NCBI GenBank assembly: GCA_963666425.2
Contig: CAXXTX010000017.1
Location: forward strand, 1-12,832
Direction of reading: 5' to 3'
Length of the DNA: 12,832 nt
DNA from: Bacillota bacterium
Lineage (GTDB): Bacteria > Bacillota > JAAYKD01
In this document: positions 1 to 7,967 of the stretch, in pieces
Layout of the letters: the number at the start of each line of letters is the position of its first letter
Position numbering within the stretch: position 1 is the first letter of the stretch
The notes under the pieces: generated by a model
The model's database searches: none
What the model saw: the letters and a program-made list of their open reading frames with translations, nothing else
What the model was told of the DNA's origin: nothing
Position numbers and translations under genes: made by a program

Positions 1-453
1 CTAACAGCAGTCTTGGTCCTTTTTTTGGTAATGGGCTTGGCTGTTTTGATAAAAATGCAGGGAGGAAAGCTAAAAGTTCCGACTGAGACTGCAAGTACTA
101 AAATTAACACAGAGAGTCTTGGCAGGCCAGGCGTTCAGTTTGACGCTTATCCAAAAGATTTCCCCAAAGATTTGATGTTTACCCCGGGCCAGTTTGAACA
201 GTCCTCAAGGGGCAAAAATTCTGATGGCCAGGAAGTTATTTCTATAATTTATCCGTTTGGCGAGCTTAAGGCCTCGGCAGAGATGTTTAAAACCCTCTTA
301 GTTCAGGCCAAGTGGCAGGTGGAACAAAAAACCAAAGATAGCGGCGAAATTGTGCTGACTGCGACCAAAGAGAAAATGAAAGCGGAGATTACTGTGAGGA
401 TGGTTGAGGTTGATACTTCCAAGGTACGAATTTTATATTATTTACCCAAATAA
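1..453 (+). CDS. Hypothetical membrane-anchored/exported protein, probably 5'-truncated by the window edge
   Basis: The frame is open from base 1 (LTAVLVLFLVMGLAVLIK, a hydrophobic helix) to TAA at 451-453. A soluble domain follows (YPKDFPKDL...WQVEQK...VRILYY). It ends 24 bp before the next gene. Confidence 0.75.
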   Translation, partial: LTAVLVLFLVMGLAVLIKMQGGKLKVPTETASTKINTESLGRPGVQFDAYPKDFPKDLMFTPGQFEQSSRGKNSDGQEVISIIYPFGELKASAEMFKTLLVQAKWQVEQKTKDSGEIVLTATKEKMKAEITVRMVEVDTSKVRILYYLPK

Positions 454-477
454 GCAAACCCATTAATTGTAAGAAAT

Positions 478-3400
478 ATGAAAAAAAATCTTCAAAAAAT
501 TGCGATGCTTATGGTGTTTGCCGCTGTGGTCTTGGTTTCAGCTAATCAAGCACCTGAGGCAAAGGCCAACTCTTCCAATTCTGGCTGGCAAATCAATACC
601 AACCTGACATGGACAACAGATCCGGGCGTGGGAAATTATGTGGCCGGCAACAGCGCCACCATTACTGCCGGACAGTCGGTTTATGTTAGGGATAATACAA
701 GTTTTTCAACGAATGCAGGTAATTGGCCTTGCCGAGGAGATGTTGATGGGGTGGGTTGCAATAACAGTACAGTTGTCAGGTGGTATATTGATTCTTGCCC
801 CACGAATGGTAATTGCCTTTGGTGGAACTACCGCGAATCTAATCCTTGGTATTTTCCTTGGTGGGTTGTGTTGGTAAATGCTCCTAATCCGGGCTATACC
901 GGGCCTAATGCGCCATATGTACAGATTTCTACAGCAGCCAATACCCCTGGGGGTACATATACTATCCATCTTATTTCTGAAGAAAATCCTGTAACATGGG
1001 GGGATCCGTTAATGGCACCGTCCACCCAAACTTTCACTCTAACCGTCAATCCGTCTGCTACTAATGGTGTGTGCGGTTCGGCGAATAATAAAACTTATCA
1101 ACCTCAGGAAGCAGGGTACGGCTCTGACACTCAATGTTCGAGTGGTTCTACTTCTAACGCCAGTTTTCCAGCCATGGGTGCAACCGTAACTTGGACCTGT
1201 AGCGGTACAGGAGGCGGGAGTGCTAGTGGAGCCTGTAGAGCAAGCCGGCAAGCGCCGGCTCAGTGTGTAAATATTACTGCCCCGGATACGGTGACGGTTG
1301 GCCAGAACTTTTCGGCTGCAGTGACCATGAAAAATACAAACAATGTAACTTGGTACAACAGCACGGAAGCGGCTTTTAAAAATTCCGTTGCCTGGTATTT
1401 TCCCAATGACCCATATCGTTTGGGATCATGGAGTTTAAACGACAATACCCGATGGGGTTTGACTCGGGTGGATATGCCCATGAGCAGCATCGGTATTAGC
1501 GGAAGATATTTGAGAGTGAGAACGCCAAGCAGTAATTCTTGGGTTTCTTGGCGGGAAATTACTTTGTACGATGCGGCCGGAAACCGGGTGACTCCGGTGA
1601 ATGCTACTGTGAGTTCGGATTGGCAGGGTGCTAATTATGCCAAAGGCCCTGGTGGGGCTTATGACGGTCAAGGCTGGACCACTTGGAATTCCGGACAGTA
1701 TAACGGCACCATAACGCTTGATTATGGCCGGGTAGTGGACTTTGCTTCATTGTGGATTTTGCCTGAGCAGACGCCCAACCCGCCGAATACAATTTATAAT
1801 TTTGAAGTGTCCAATGATAATGTAAATTATACTCCGATTGCGGCCATTAATGCCCAGACCCAGCGCAGCGATGTCTGGCATATTGTTAATTCCTATGCCA
1901 AGAATAACAACAATGTAACTTTTAATTTTAATGCCACGGCACCAACCACTCCCGGTACCTATGCGTTTGACTGGAATATTGTGCACGACGGAGTGGAGTG
2001 GGGTTTCCGGATGCCTCAGCATGCAAAAAGAATATCAATGTTGTTGCCAATACCCCAACTTGCGGTACGGACAATGGAAAAACTTTAGGTGCAACTCCGA
2101 CCAATCTTTGTGGAACGGGAACCGCGTCAGCCGTAACGCATAATGCGACTAGTCCTGGCGGCTGGACATGGCAGTGTACAAATGGCGGAGCTCCGGTATC
2201 ATGTTCATCCAATGAATACTGTGCTAACTTTATTAACCCCCCAGCTTCAGCGGGCACTTGCACCAATGTCAGCACCACAGGCTATACCGCAGGCTGGACT
2301 CCTGCCTCCGGTACTTATGCTGTGCAAAAATTCCGCGCTGGACCGAATCTCGGGGATGTCAGCAGCGGTTGTGGGGGTGGTACATGCGTTGCTGCTCTAG
2401 ATTTACCAAACAACCAAGCTAATTATCCAATATCAGGTTTACCGACAAATACCACTGCGATCACATATCACAACCGTGTTGTGCCTTACTGTACCAACCC
2501 AGACGCTTCAACCGGAGAGAATATAAACTACAAGAGTTATGTTTGGACATGTGCTACTTTGCCCGTGTGTACGCCGTTGACCTACAGGCCAGCTACTTCC
2601 GGAGTTTCATTGGCCAATACCGGGCCTTCCGGTTCTAGCTTAACCCTTTCACCTTCGCAGACATTTTATTTGTATACGGATTTTGGCGCTATAACCGATT
2701 CGATTATTTTACCCAGCGCTCCTTCGTCGTGTGCCTGGGAAGGCTGGAACGGCACTGCTGCCAGGTTTAGATGTACAGCTCCGGTCACAGGCGGCAGTTT
2801 TACCTATAATTCCGGCACGGCCAATTATGCTCCGCCTGGAGGCAGTAATATCTGTGCGGGCGGGCCGAACGCAACTGCCACTATTACAGTCAATGTCCCT
2901 GTCAACGGCGTCTGCGGTACCGCACATGGGAAAAATTATCCCAGCACCACTTCGGCTTATGCCCCGGATACTCAGTGTGCCAGCGGCACTTCCTCTAATA
3001 CTGCTTTCCCGGCTATCAATGGTAGCACTTCCTGGGTATGTGCTGGTTCCAATGGCGGCTCTAATAGCCCTGCATGCAGTGCGAGCCGTCAGGCCCCGGT
3101 TTGCACCAACCTGTCCTTCAAACCTGCCACTTCCGGTTACTCCACTAACCCCAATGGCCCGGCTGCATCAACTTTGAGTATTGCTCCGAGCACGCCTTTC
3201 TATATCTTTGTGGATTATGGCCAAGCCTGGATTGATGCCATTCAAGTTCCCAATGTCTCAGGCGCTACCAACTGTGTTTATCAAACCTATATTGGCAATG
3301 CTGCCCGCTTTGCCTGTACCTCTGCAGCCACTCCTGGCAATTACACTTACACCACGCTGACCACTGCTGGCACAGCTGCTAATATCTGTGCCACTCCTTC

Positions 3401-5202
3401 AGTTTCGATTGGGGTGGTTACGGTTACCAATCCGGTAGTTGTCGGTACTTGCGGCCCAGCGAATGGTACGCCGATTTCTTCTGCTCCTTCAGCTGGCTTG
3501 TGCACCACAGGCACAGCCACGGCAGTTACCGGTTCCGGTCCTTGGACTTGGAATTGCAATGGCTCAGGCGGCGGCGGGAATGCTTCTTGTAGCGCGCCTA
3601 CTTCAGTCTGTTCTAATTTGTCTTACCGTCCGGGCACTTCCGGTTTCTCCACCAATTCCGCAGGGCCAGCCCAGTCTAGTCTTTCTTTGCCCATGTCCAC
3701 CCCGTTTTACGCCTTTGTAGATTATGGCTTGTCTGGCACCAATGCCATTCAACCGCCTCAGGCGGCTGGCGCTCCAAACTGTAATTTCCAGGCCTATGTA
3801 GGCAGTGTGGCCCGCTTTGCCTGCAATCCACCTGGCTCTTCCGGGACTTACACTTACACTACCGGCACCAACAATTATCCTTTGCCTAACTCCAATATCT
3901 GCGCTACTGGCCCGACTACCATCGGAACTGTGACTTGGGCTCCTGCAGCGGTCAACGGTTCCTGTGGCACAGCCAACAATGTCGCTGTCTCTTCCTCTCC
4001 TTCTTCTAACCTCTGCTCTGCTGGCACACCCACGGCAGTCACCGGTTCCGGCCCTTGGAACTGGAACTGTAATGGTTCCAATGGGGGCTCTAATGCTTCC
4101 TGTAATGCTCCAGTCCTGATTCCTCCCACCAACGGCGTCTGTGGTTCCTCTAATGGTTCAGCTTTCTCTTCAGCGCCCTCCACTAACCTCTGCTCTGCTG
4201 GCACACCCACGGCAGTCACCGGTTCCGGCCCTTGGAACTGGAACTGTAATGGTTCCAATGGGGGCTCTAATGCTTCCTGTACAGCCCAAAAGCTCAATCC
4301 TCCCACTGGCGGCGGGGGGTACTCCTGGTACCTGCAATCACATTATCATCAACTGGACCGATGCTTCCCAGGGTGAACAAGGCTTTAAGATTTACCGCAG
4401 CTCAGTTAACAATTCAGCTTCAGCTGTCTTAATCACCCCTGGTCCCACCTTTGTTCAGTCTACCTCCGTCAATACTACTGGCACTGCCTATACCTATACG
4501 GATAATTCCCCACAGCCCGGCTTAAACTACTACTGGGTGACCTCCTATGCTGGGGCTGTAGAATCCAACAAAGACTTTGGTGCTACCGGTTCAGTCAACA
4601 ACCTGACCTGTGAAGCTAACCTGGATGGTTCTAACAAAGACCTCTTCTCGGTTAATGGAGTTAACTCCACAGTCTTAGACCCCACAGCCACCATGAACAC
4701 CTGTTCAGGCAATGAATACCCCAAGAATGTCAGCTACAAAGCAGGGGATGAGATATCCTTTAATATCAACCTCTGTAACAGTGCTCCCACAGGCGGTAAT
4801 GCGGCTACCAGCATCATTGTGGAAGATACTTTGATTAACATGGAACCAGCCTTAGGCAAGACCGCCTCCGTGACTGATCCGGCTTCCTGGAAAGCCAGCA
4901 TTAACAGCGGCCTCTCCATTGGTCCGATTACCGTAGTCTCCGGCTCAGTGCCCAACAACCTAAAGCTCAGGATTACCATCCTAGGCAGCCTGTCAGCCAA
5001 CAACGCAGCTACCTTAAAGCTTTCTGCCAAGGTTGCCTTCCCTGACAACTTCTCCGGCACCTCTTCCCGATTCCAGAATAGTGCGAGTATCCAATACATA
5101 AAAGACAGCCTGGGGAATCCAGGTTCGGTGGTAACCAAAGCCACGCCTCTTCTTCTCTTTGTCAGTTCGAACGGGCCGACCAAAATCGAAGCCGCGCCTT
5201 AA
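478..5202 (+). CDS. Giant Cys-rich modular secreted/surface protein (putative adhesin), ~1,570 aa after joining ORFs 478-2088, 1998-4376 and 4141-5202 across two frameshifts
   Basis: Sec-type signal peptide MKKNLQKIAMLMVFAAVVLVSANQAPEAKA. Protein-like sequence continues across the G4 run at 2000-2003 (VHDGVEW / FPDASACKK) and the G6 run at 4314-4319 (PPTGGGG / TPGTCNHIIINW). The same Cys repeat family occurs in the first and second ORFs. Motif-level modules are NBR1-like Ig, F5/8C-like, FN3-like (about 2235-2560 and 4330-4600) and a C-terminal DUF11-like Ig domain (GDEISFNINLCNS...IIVEDTL...FQNSASI). A single terminator follows 5202. Confidence 0.85.
2562..3938 (+). repeat. Three copies of a ~110-aa 4-Cys beta-rich repeat domain
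   Basis: Copies lie at about 2562-2894, 3096-3428 and 3603-3938. They share VCxxLx[YF][RK]PxTSGxS...GP...FYxxxD[YF]G...C...ARFxC...G..TY...NICA. Confidence 0.9.
4006..4281 (+). repeat. Perfect 99-bp direct repeat (4006-4104 = 4183-4281), period 177 bp
   Basis: Base-by-base comparison shows ctaacctctgctctgctggcac...taatgcttcctgta identical in both copies. The offset is 59 codons, so the frame is kept. Confidence 0.95.
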
Positions 5203-5207
5203 AAGTT

Positions 5208-5240
5208 AAAAAACACCCGGGCAGCCCCGGGTGTTTTTTT
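5208..5240 (+). terminator. Intrinsic terminator (potentially bidirectional)
   Basis: AAAAAACACCCGGG-cagc-CCCGGGTGTTTTTTT lies immediately after the stop at 5202. Confidence 0.9.
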
Positions 5241-5241
5241 G

Positions 5242-5270
5242 TTGCACGGATTTTGGAATTAGGCTACCAT
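5242..5270 (+). promoter_or_regulatory. Candidate sigma70 promoter for the ZIP gene
   Basis: TTGCAC (5242-5247), 17-bp spacer, TACCAT (5265-5270). The match is imperfect. Confidence 0.4.
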
Positions 5271-5292
5271 GCAAAAGAAGTAATAAATTTTT

Positions 5293-6036
5293 ATGACGCA
5301 AATCTGGTTATATACATTCGTTAGTTTATTGGCAGTCAGTTTGATTTCTTTTGTCGGCGCACTAACTTTAACCCTGGGCCATGAAAGACTCAAAAAAGCG
5401 CTCTTGTACTTGGTGAGTTTTTCCGCAGGCGCGCTTTTGGGTGATGTGTTTTTGCATTTGCTTCCGGAAATGAATGGCCGGGGCTTTGGCGCCCGCGAAG
5501 GTTTTTATATACTAGCGGGAATTTTTGCTTTTTTTGTTTTTGAAAAATATATTCATTGGCACCATTCCCACATGGAGCACAACGAAGAAATTCATGCAGT
5601 GGTGTATTTGGCTATTGTGGGCGATGCGCTTCACAATTTTATTGACGGGCTGGTAATTGCAGGAAGTTTTATCATCAGCCCGTCTTTGGGTTTTGCCACC
5701 GCCCTGGCAGTTGTTTTTCACGAGATTCCCCACGAACTGGGAAATTTTGCCGTGCTGGTGCATGGCGGCTGGACTGCCAAAAAAGCCTTGTTGTATAATT
5801 TTCTATCTTCCTTTGCCGCCTTTTTTGGAGGCATTTTGGTTTTGCTTTTTTCCAGCCAGCTGCAAAGCGCTCCCACATTGCTACTTTCAATCGGGGCAAG
5901 TAATTTTATTTATGTAGCTCTCTCCGATCTGATTCCGGAGCTAAACAAGGAAAAAGACAAAAAGAAATCATTCTTTTTGCTTATCGCCTTCATTTTGGGG
6001 ATTGCTATGATGTCCTTGCTTTTACTTCGGGAATAG
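5293..6036 (+). CDS. ZIP-family (ZupT-like) divalent metal, probably zinc, transporter
   Basis: Multiple TM helices; GALLGDVFLHLLPE; a His-rich loop HWHHSHMEHNEEIH; signatures DALHNFIDG and FHEIPHELG; FIYVALSDLIPEL. Confidence 0.93.
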   Translation: MTQIWLYTFVSLLAVSLISFVGALTLTLGHERLKKALLYLVSFSAGALLGDVFLHLLPEMNGRGFGAREGFYILAGIFAFFVFEKYIHWHHSHMEHNEEIHAVVYLAIVGDALHNFIDGLVIAGSFIISPSLGFATALAVVFHEIPHELGNFAVLVHGGWTAKKALLYNFLSSFAAFFGGILVLLFSSQLQSAPTLLLSIGASNFIYVALSDLIPELNKEKDKKKSFFLLIAFILGIAMMSLLLLRE

Positions 6037-6044
6037 TGTATAAT
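6016..6044 (+). promoter_or_regulatory. Sigma70-type promoter for the RRM gene, overlapping the ZIP 3' end
   Basis: TTGCTT (6016-6021), 17-bp spacer, TATAAT (6039-6044). The predicted start site is about 6051. Confidence 0.65.
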
Positions 6045-6050
6045 TAATAT

Positions 6051-6201
6051 ATCATCTTAGTTCGTGTTCGTCGTTTCCTTAGGTGGAAACTGGCAGCAAA
6101 AAAGTATTAGGCTTCGTGTCGGATTCATCTAACAATGAAGTTTAATGTGTGGACTGTTTAAATATTCTTTAAGAGTGTAAGATGAGCTCTTAAGAGAGAG
6201 C
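6051..6201 (+). ncRNA. Candidate structured 5' leader (cis-regulatory RNA) of the RRM gene
   Basis: The closing helix TCATCTTA 6052-6059 pairs with TAAGATGA 6178-6185. Internal hairpins are at 6073-6090, 6105-6147 (13 bp with G-U pairs) and 6162-6178. A further hairpin at 6186-6201 precedes the start codon. Folded by eye only. Confidence 0.5.
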
Positions 6202-6209
6202 CAATAAAA

Positions 6210-6566
6210 ATGGCAAAGAAATTGTTCGTTGGCGGATTGCCTTGGGCGACCACCAGCGATGAGCTGAAAGATCTTTTCAGCCAGCATGGTACCATCACCT
6301 CTGCGGTTGTGGTAACCGATAAGATGACCGGCCGCTCACGCGGTTTTGGTTTCGTCGAATTCGAAAACGAAGCAGAAGCCAGTGCAGCCGAAGCTGCTCT
6401 TAACAACACCGATTTCCAGGGTCGCACCTTGGTGGTCAAAGAAGCTCGTCCGATGGAAGATCGCCCAAAGCGTTCTTTTGGCGGCGGCGGACATGGCGGC
6501 GGTTACGGTGGTGGCAATGGCGGCGGCCGTGGCGGTTACGGCGGCGGACACAGGGACAATTACTAA
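6210..6566 (+). CDS. Single-RRM RNA-binding protein with a Gly-rich C-terminal tail
   Basis: RNP2 LFVGGL, RNP1 [19 protein letters not shown], then [23 protein letters not shown]. Confidence 0.96.
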   Translation: MAKKLFVGGLPWATTSDELKDLFSQHGTITSAVVVTDKMTGRSRGFGFVEFENEAEASAAEAALNNTDFQGRTLVVKEARPMEDRPKRSFGGGGHGGGYGGGNGGGRGGYGGGHRDNY

Positions 6567-6578
6567 TTTTTCCTGTTT

Positions 6579-6607
6579 AACTCCCCCTTCAATGGGGGAG
6601 TTTTTTT
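6579..6607 (+). terminator. Intrinsic terminator after the RRM gene
   Basis: AACTCCCCC-ttcaat-GGGGGAGTT running into a T7 tract. Confidence 0.9.
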
Positions 6608-6611
6608 ATGC

Positions 6612-6640
6612 TTGAAATATTTTTCAATTTATGCTATAAT
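6612..6640 (+). promoter_or_regulatory. Near-consensus sigma70 promoter with an extended -10 and an overlapping palindrome
   Basis: TTGAAA (6612-6617), 17-bp spacer, TG-c-TATAAT (6635-6640). An inverted repeat TTGAAA-N4-TTTCAA spans 6612-6627. Confidence 0.75.
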
Positions 6641-6742
6641 TAGAATAGATAAAAAAGTGCAAACGAAACAAAAATAAAAACAATTAAGCCATTAAGTAGC
6701 CGCTTTAAACCAGCGGGGACTATTCTTGGCGGAAAAAAATAT

Positions 6743-7564
6743 ATGGCTAAAATCGAAACCTTAGGCAGTCTTGCCCAGGAGGCGGAAAACAAGAAGATGA
6801 AGGCTGAGGGCGCGGCTGCGGATAAAGCGGCCAGAATTGAAGACAGAAAAAACGCCAACAAGGACCAGGTTATTACTTTGGACTTGGAAGGCCGGAATCA
6901 GGGTTTTAGGGAAAGCAAGAATGCCTTGCCTGCTTTAAGGGAAAAAATGGGGGGGCTTAAGGAAAAAATTGCCAGCATTGGCAGTTGGTTAAAAAATAAA
7001 TTTAAAAATCGAGACAAGGGCGAAATGCTTAGGGTTGTACCTGAAGAATCGACCACGGAAAATCGTTATCGGGAAGTGGTACAAAAATTGGAACAGAAAC
7101 AGCAAAGGGTGGAGGCTGGAGCCGGGGAGATTGAAGCTCAGCAGCAAGCTATTGCCGAGCTTACCGCACAGCAAGAAAGTGTTATAGAGCTGGGCGATGA
7201 GTGGGCCAGCCAGCATGACTCTTCAGAAAGCGAGGGGTATGCCGAGATCGAAGCTAAGCATAATTCCTACAAAGAATTGGCGCAATTGGTGGATACTTAT
7301 AAACCGCTGACTTCTAACAATGCTGAATTGTCTCGGGCGCTTAAGTCCGGATCAGTCAGCGTGGAGCAGGCTCAGCAGGCCAGGGAAGCGGTTAAAAAAA
7401 TTAAGCTGTATGCCAAAGGTAATAAAGTGGCCATGGGCCAGCTGGATAAAGCGGATAAGTTTTTGGAAAGCCTTGCACCTAACCCCGTGGTTAATAATGT
7501 AAAGGAAATGCCCAAGCCCGGTGCTCGGCCGGAAGTATCTCAGGACTTAGATAAAGCCGCCTAA
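6743..7564 (+). CDS. Hypothetical highly charged helical/coiled-coil protein
   Basis: 273-aa ORF rich in E/K/Q/A with a heptad-like segment YREVVQKLEQKQQRVEAGAGEIEAQQQAIAEL. It has an upstream promoter. No family was recognised. Confidence 0.8.
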   Translation: MAKIETLGSLAQEAENKKMKAEGAAADKAARIEDRKNANKDQVITLDLEGRNQGFRESKNALPALREKMGGLKEKIASIGSWLKNKFKNRDKGEMLRVVPEESTTENRYREVVQKLEQKQQRVEAGAGEIEAQQQAIAELTAQQESVIELGDEWASQHDSSESEGYAEIEAKHNSYKELAQLVDTYKPLTSNNAELSRALKSGSVSVEQAQQAREAVKKIKLYAKGNKVAMGQLDKADKFLESLAPNPVVNNVKEMPKPGARPEVSQDLDKAA

Positions 7565-7570
7565 AAATAT

Positions 7571-7909
7571 ATGGAAGATTTCAAACAAAAATTTGAAGAC
7601 GCAATTCTGAAACTAAATATTAGCGAAGAAAAAAAACAGGAGTTTTTGGAAAAGCTGCGCACTGAGGGAGTGAGTATTGGTTTAGTGGAAAGCCTAAAGC
7701 AGGCTGTGTCGGATAAAATTAGGCTATTGGAAATTGATACTCAAAATAAAGTTGATGCTCTCCAGGCAGAAGTGGAGCAAGCCACGAAAGATTTGTCAGA
7801 TGAGGTGGGGCAGATTCAAAGTTCGGCTAATGAGGAGCTGAAACGCATGGAAGCCGAAGCCAGCCAAAAACAGGTAGATGATTTGCGCAGCAAGATTAGC
7901 GCCATGTAA
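7571..7909 (+). CDS. Hypothetical small coiled-coil protein
   Basis: 112-aa acidic helical ORF 6 bp after the previous stop, followed by a strong hairpin. Likely co-transcribed with 6743-7564. Confidence 0.8.
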   Translation: MEDFKQKFEDAILKLNISEEKKQEFLEKLRTEGVSIGLVESLKQAVSDKIRLLEIDTQNKVDALQAEVEQATKDLSDEVGQIQSSANEELKRMEAEASQKQVDDLRSKISAM

Positions 7910-7919
7910 TCAAAATGGA

Positions 7920-7953
7920 AATTAAGCCGCCTTTGTAGGCGGCTTAATTATTT
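7920..7953 (+). terminator. Probable intrinsic terminator hairpin
   Basis: 13-bp perfect stem AATTAAGCCGCCT-ttgt-AGGCGGCTTAATT with a broken T-rich tail. Confidence 0.7.
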
Positions 7954-7961
7954 GTTAAAAT
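7933..7961 (+). promoter_or_regulatory. Candidate promoter giving a leaderless VKOR mRNA
   Basis: TTGTAG (7933-7938), 17-bp spacer, TG-t-TAAAAT (7956-7961). The ATG starts at 7968, where +1 would be expected. Confidence 0.55.
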
Positions 7962-7967
7962 AGTTAT

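Larger units (their letters stand above)
1063..4286 (+). repeat. Six copies of a ~50-60-aa 4-Cys repeat (NGxCGxxNG...LCxxG...WxWxCxGxxGGxxxxC)
   Basis: Copies lie at about 1063-1245, 2058-2210, 2901-3086, 3438-3597, 3951-4110 and 4128-4286. Copies 1 and 3 form a sub-type (DTQCxSG...FPA...ASRQAP) and copies 4-6 form another (TAVTGSGPWxWNCNGS). Confidence 0.9.

Noticed and set aside
4006-4281. Diversity-generating retroelement TR/VR pair
   Set aside because: The two copies are identical with no adenine-specific mismatches, both are in-frame coding repeats, and no reverse transcriptase is in the window.
3347-5183. Minus-strand ORFs 3347-3559, 3875-4306 and 4734-5183
   Set aside because: These are antisense shadows of the repetitive adhesin gene. 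Their repeats mirror the + strand repeats and they have no independent expression signals.
5241-5292. Zur/Fur-type operator upstream of the ZIP transporter
   Set aside because: No convincing inverted repeat was found in this short interval.
6480-6550. GGC-rich tandem repeat as a satellite or CRISPR-like array
   Set aside because: It simply encodes the Gly-rich tail of the RRM protein and has no repeat-spacer structure.
6158-6615. ORFs 6158-6439 (-), 6336-6551 (-) and 6346-6615 (+)
   Set aside because: These are shadow frames overlapping the unambiguous RRM gene.
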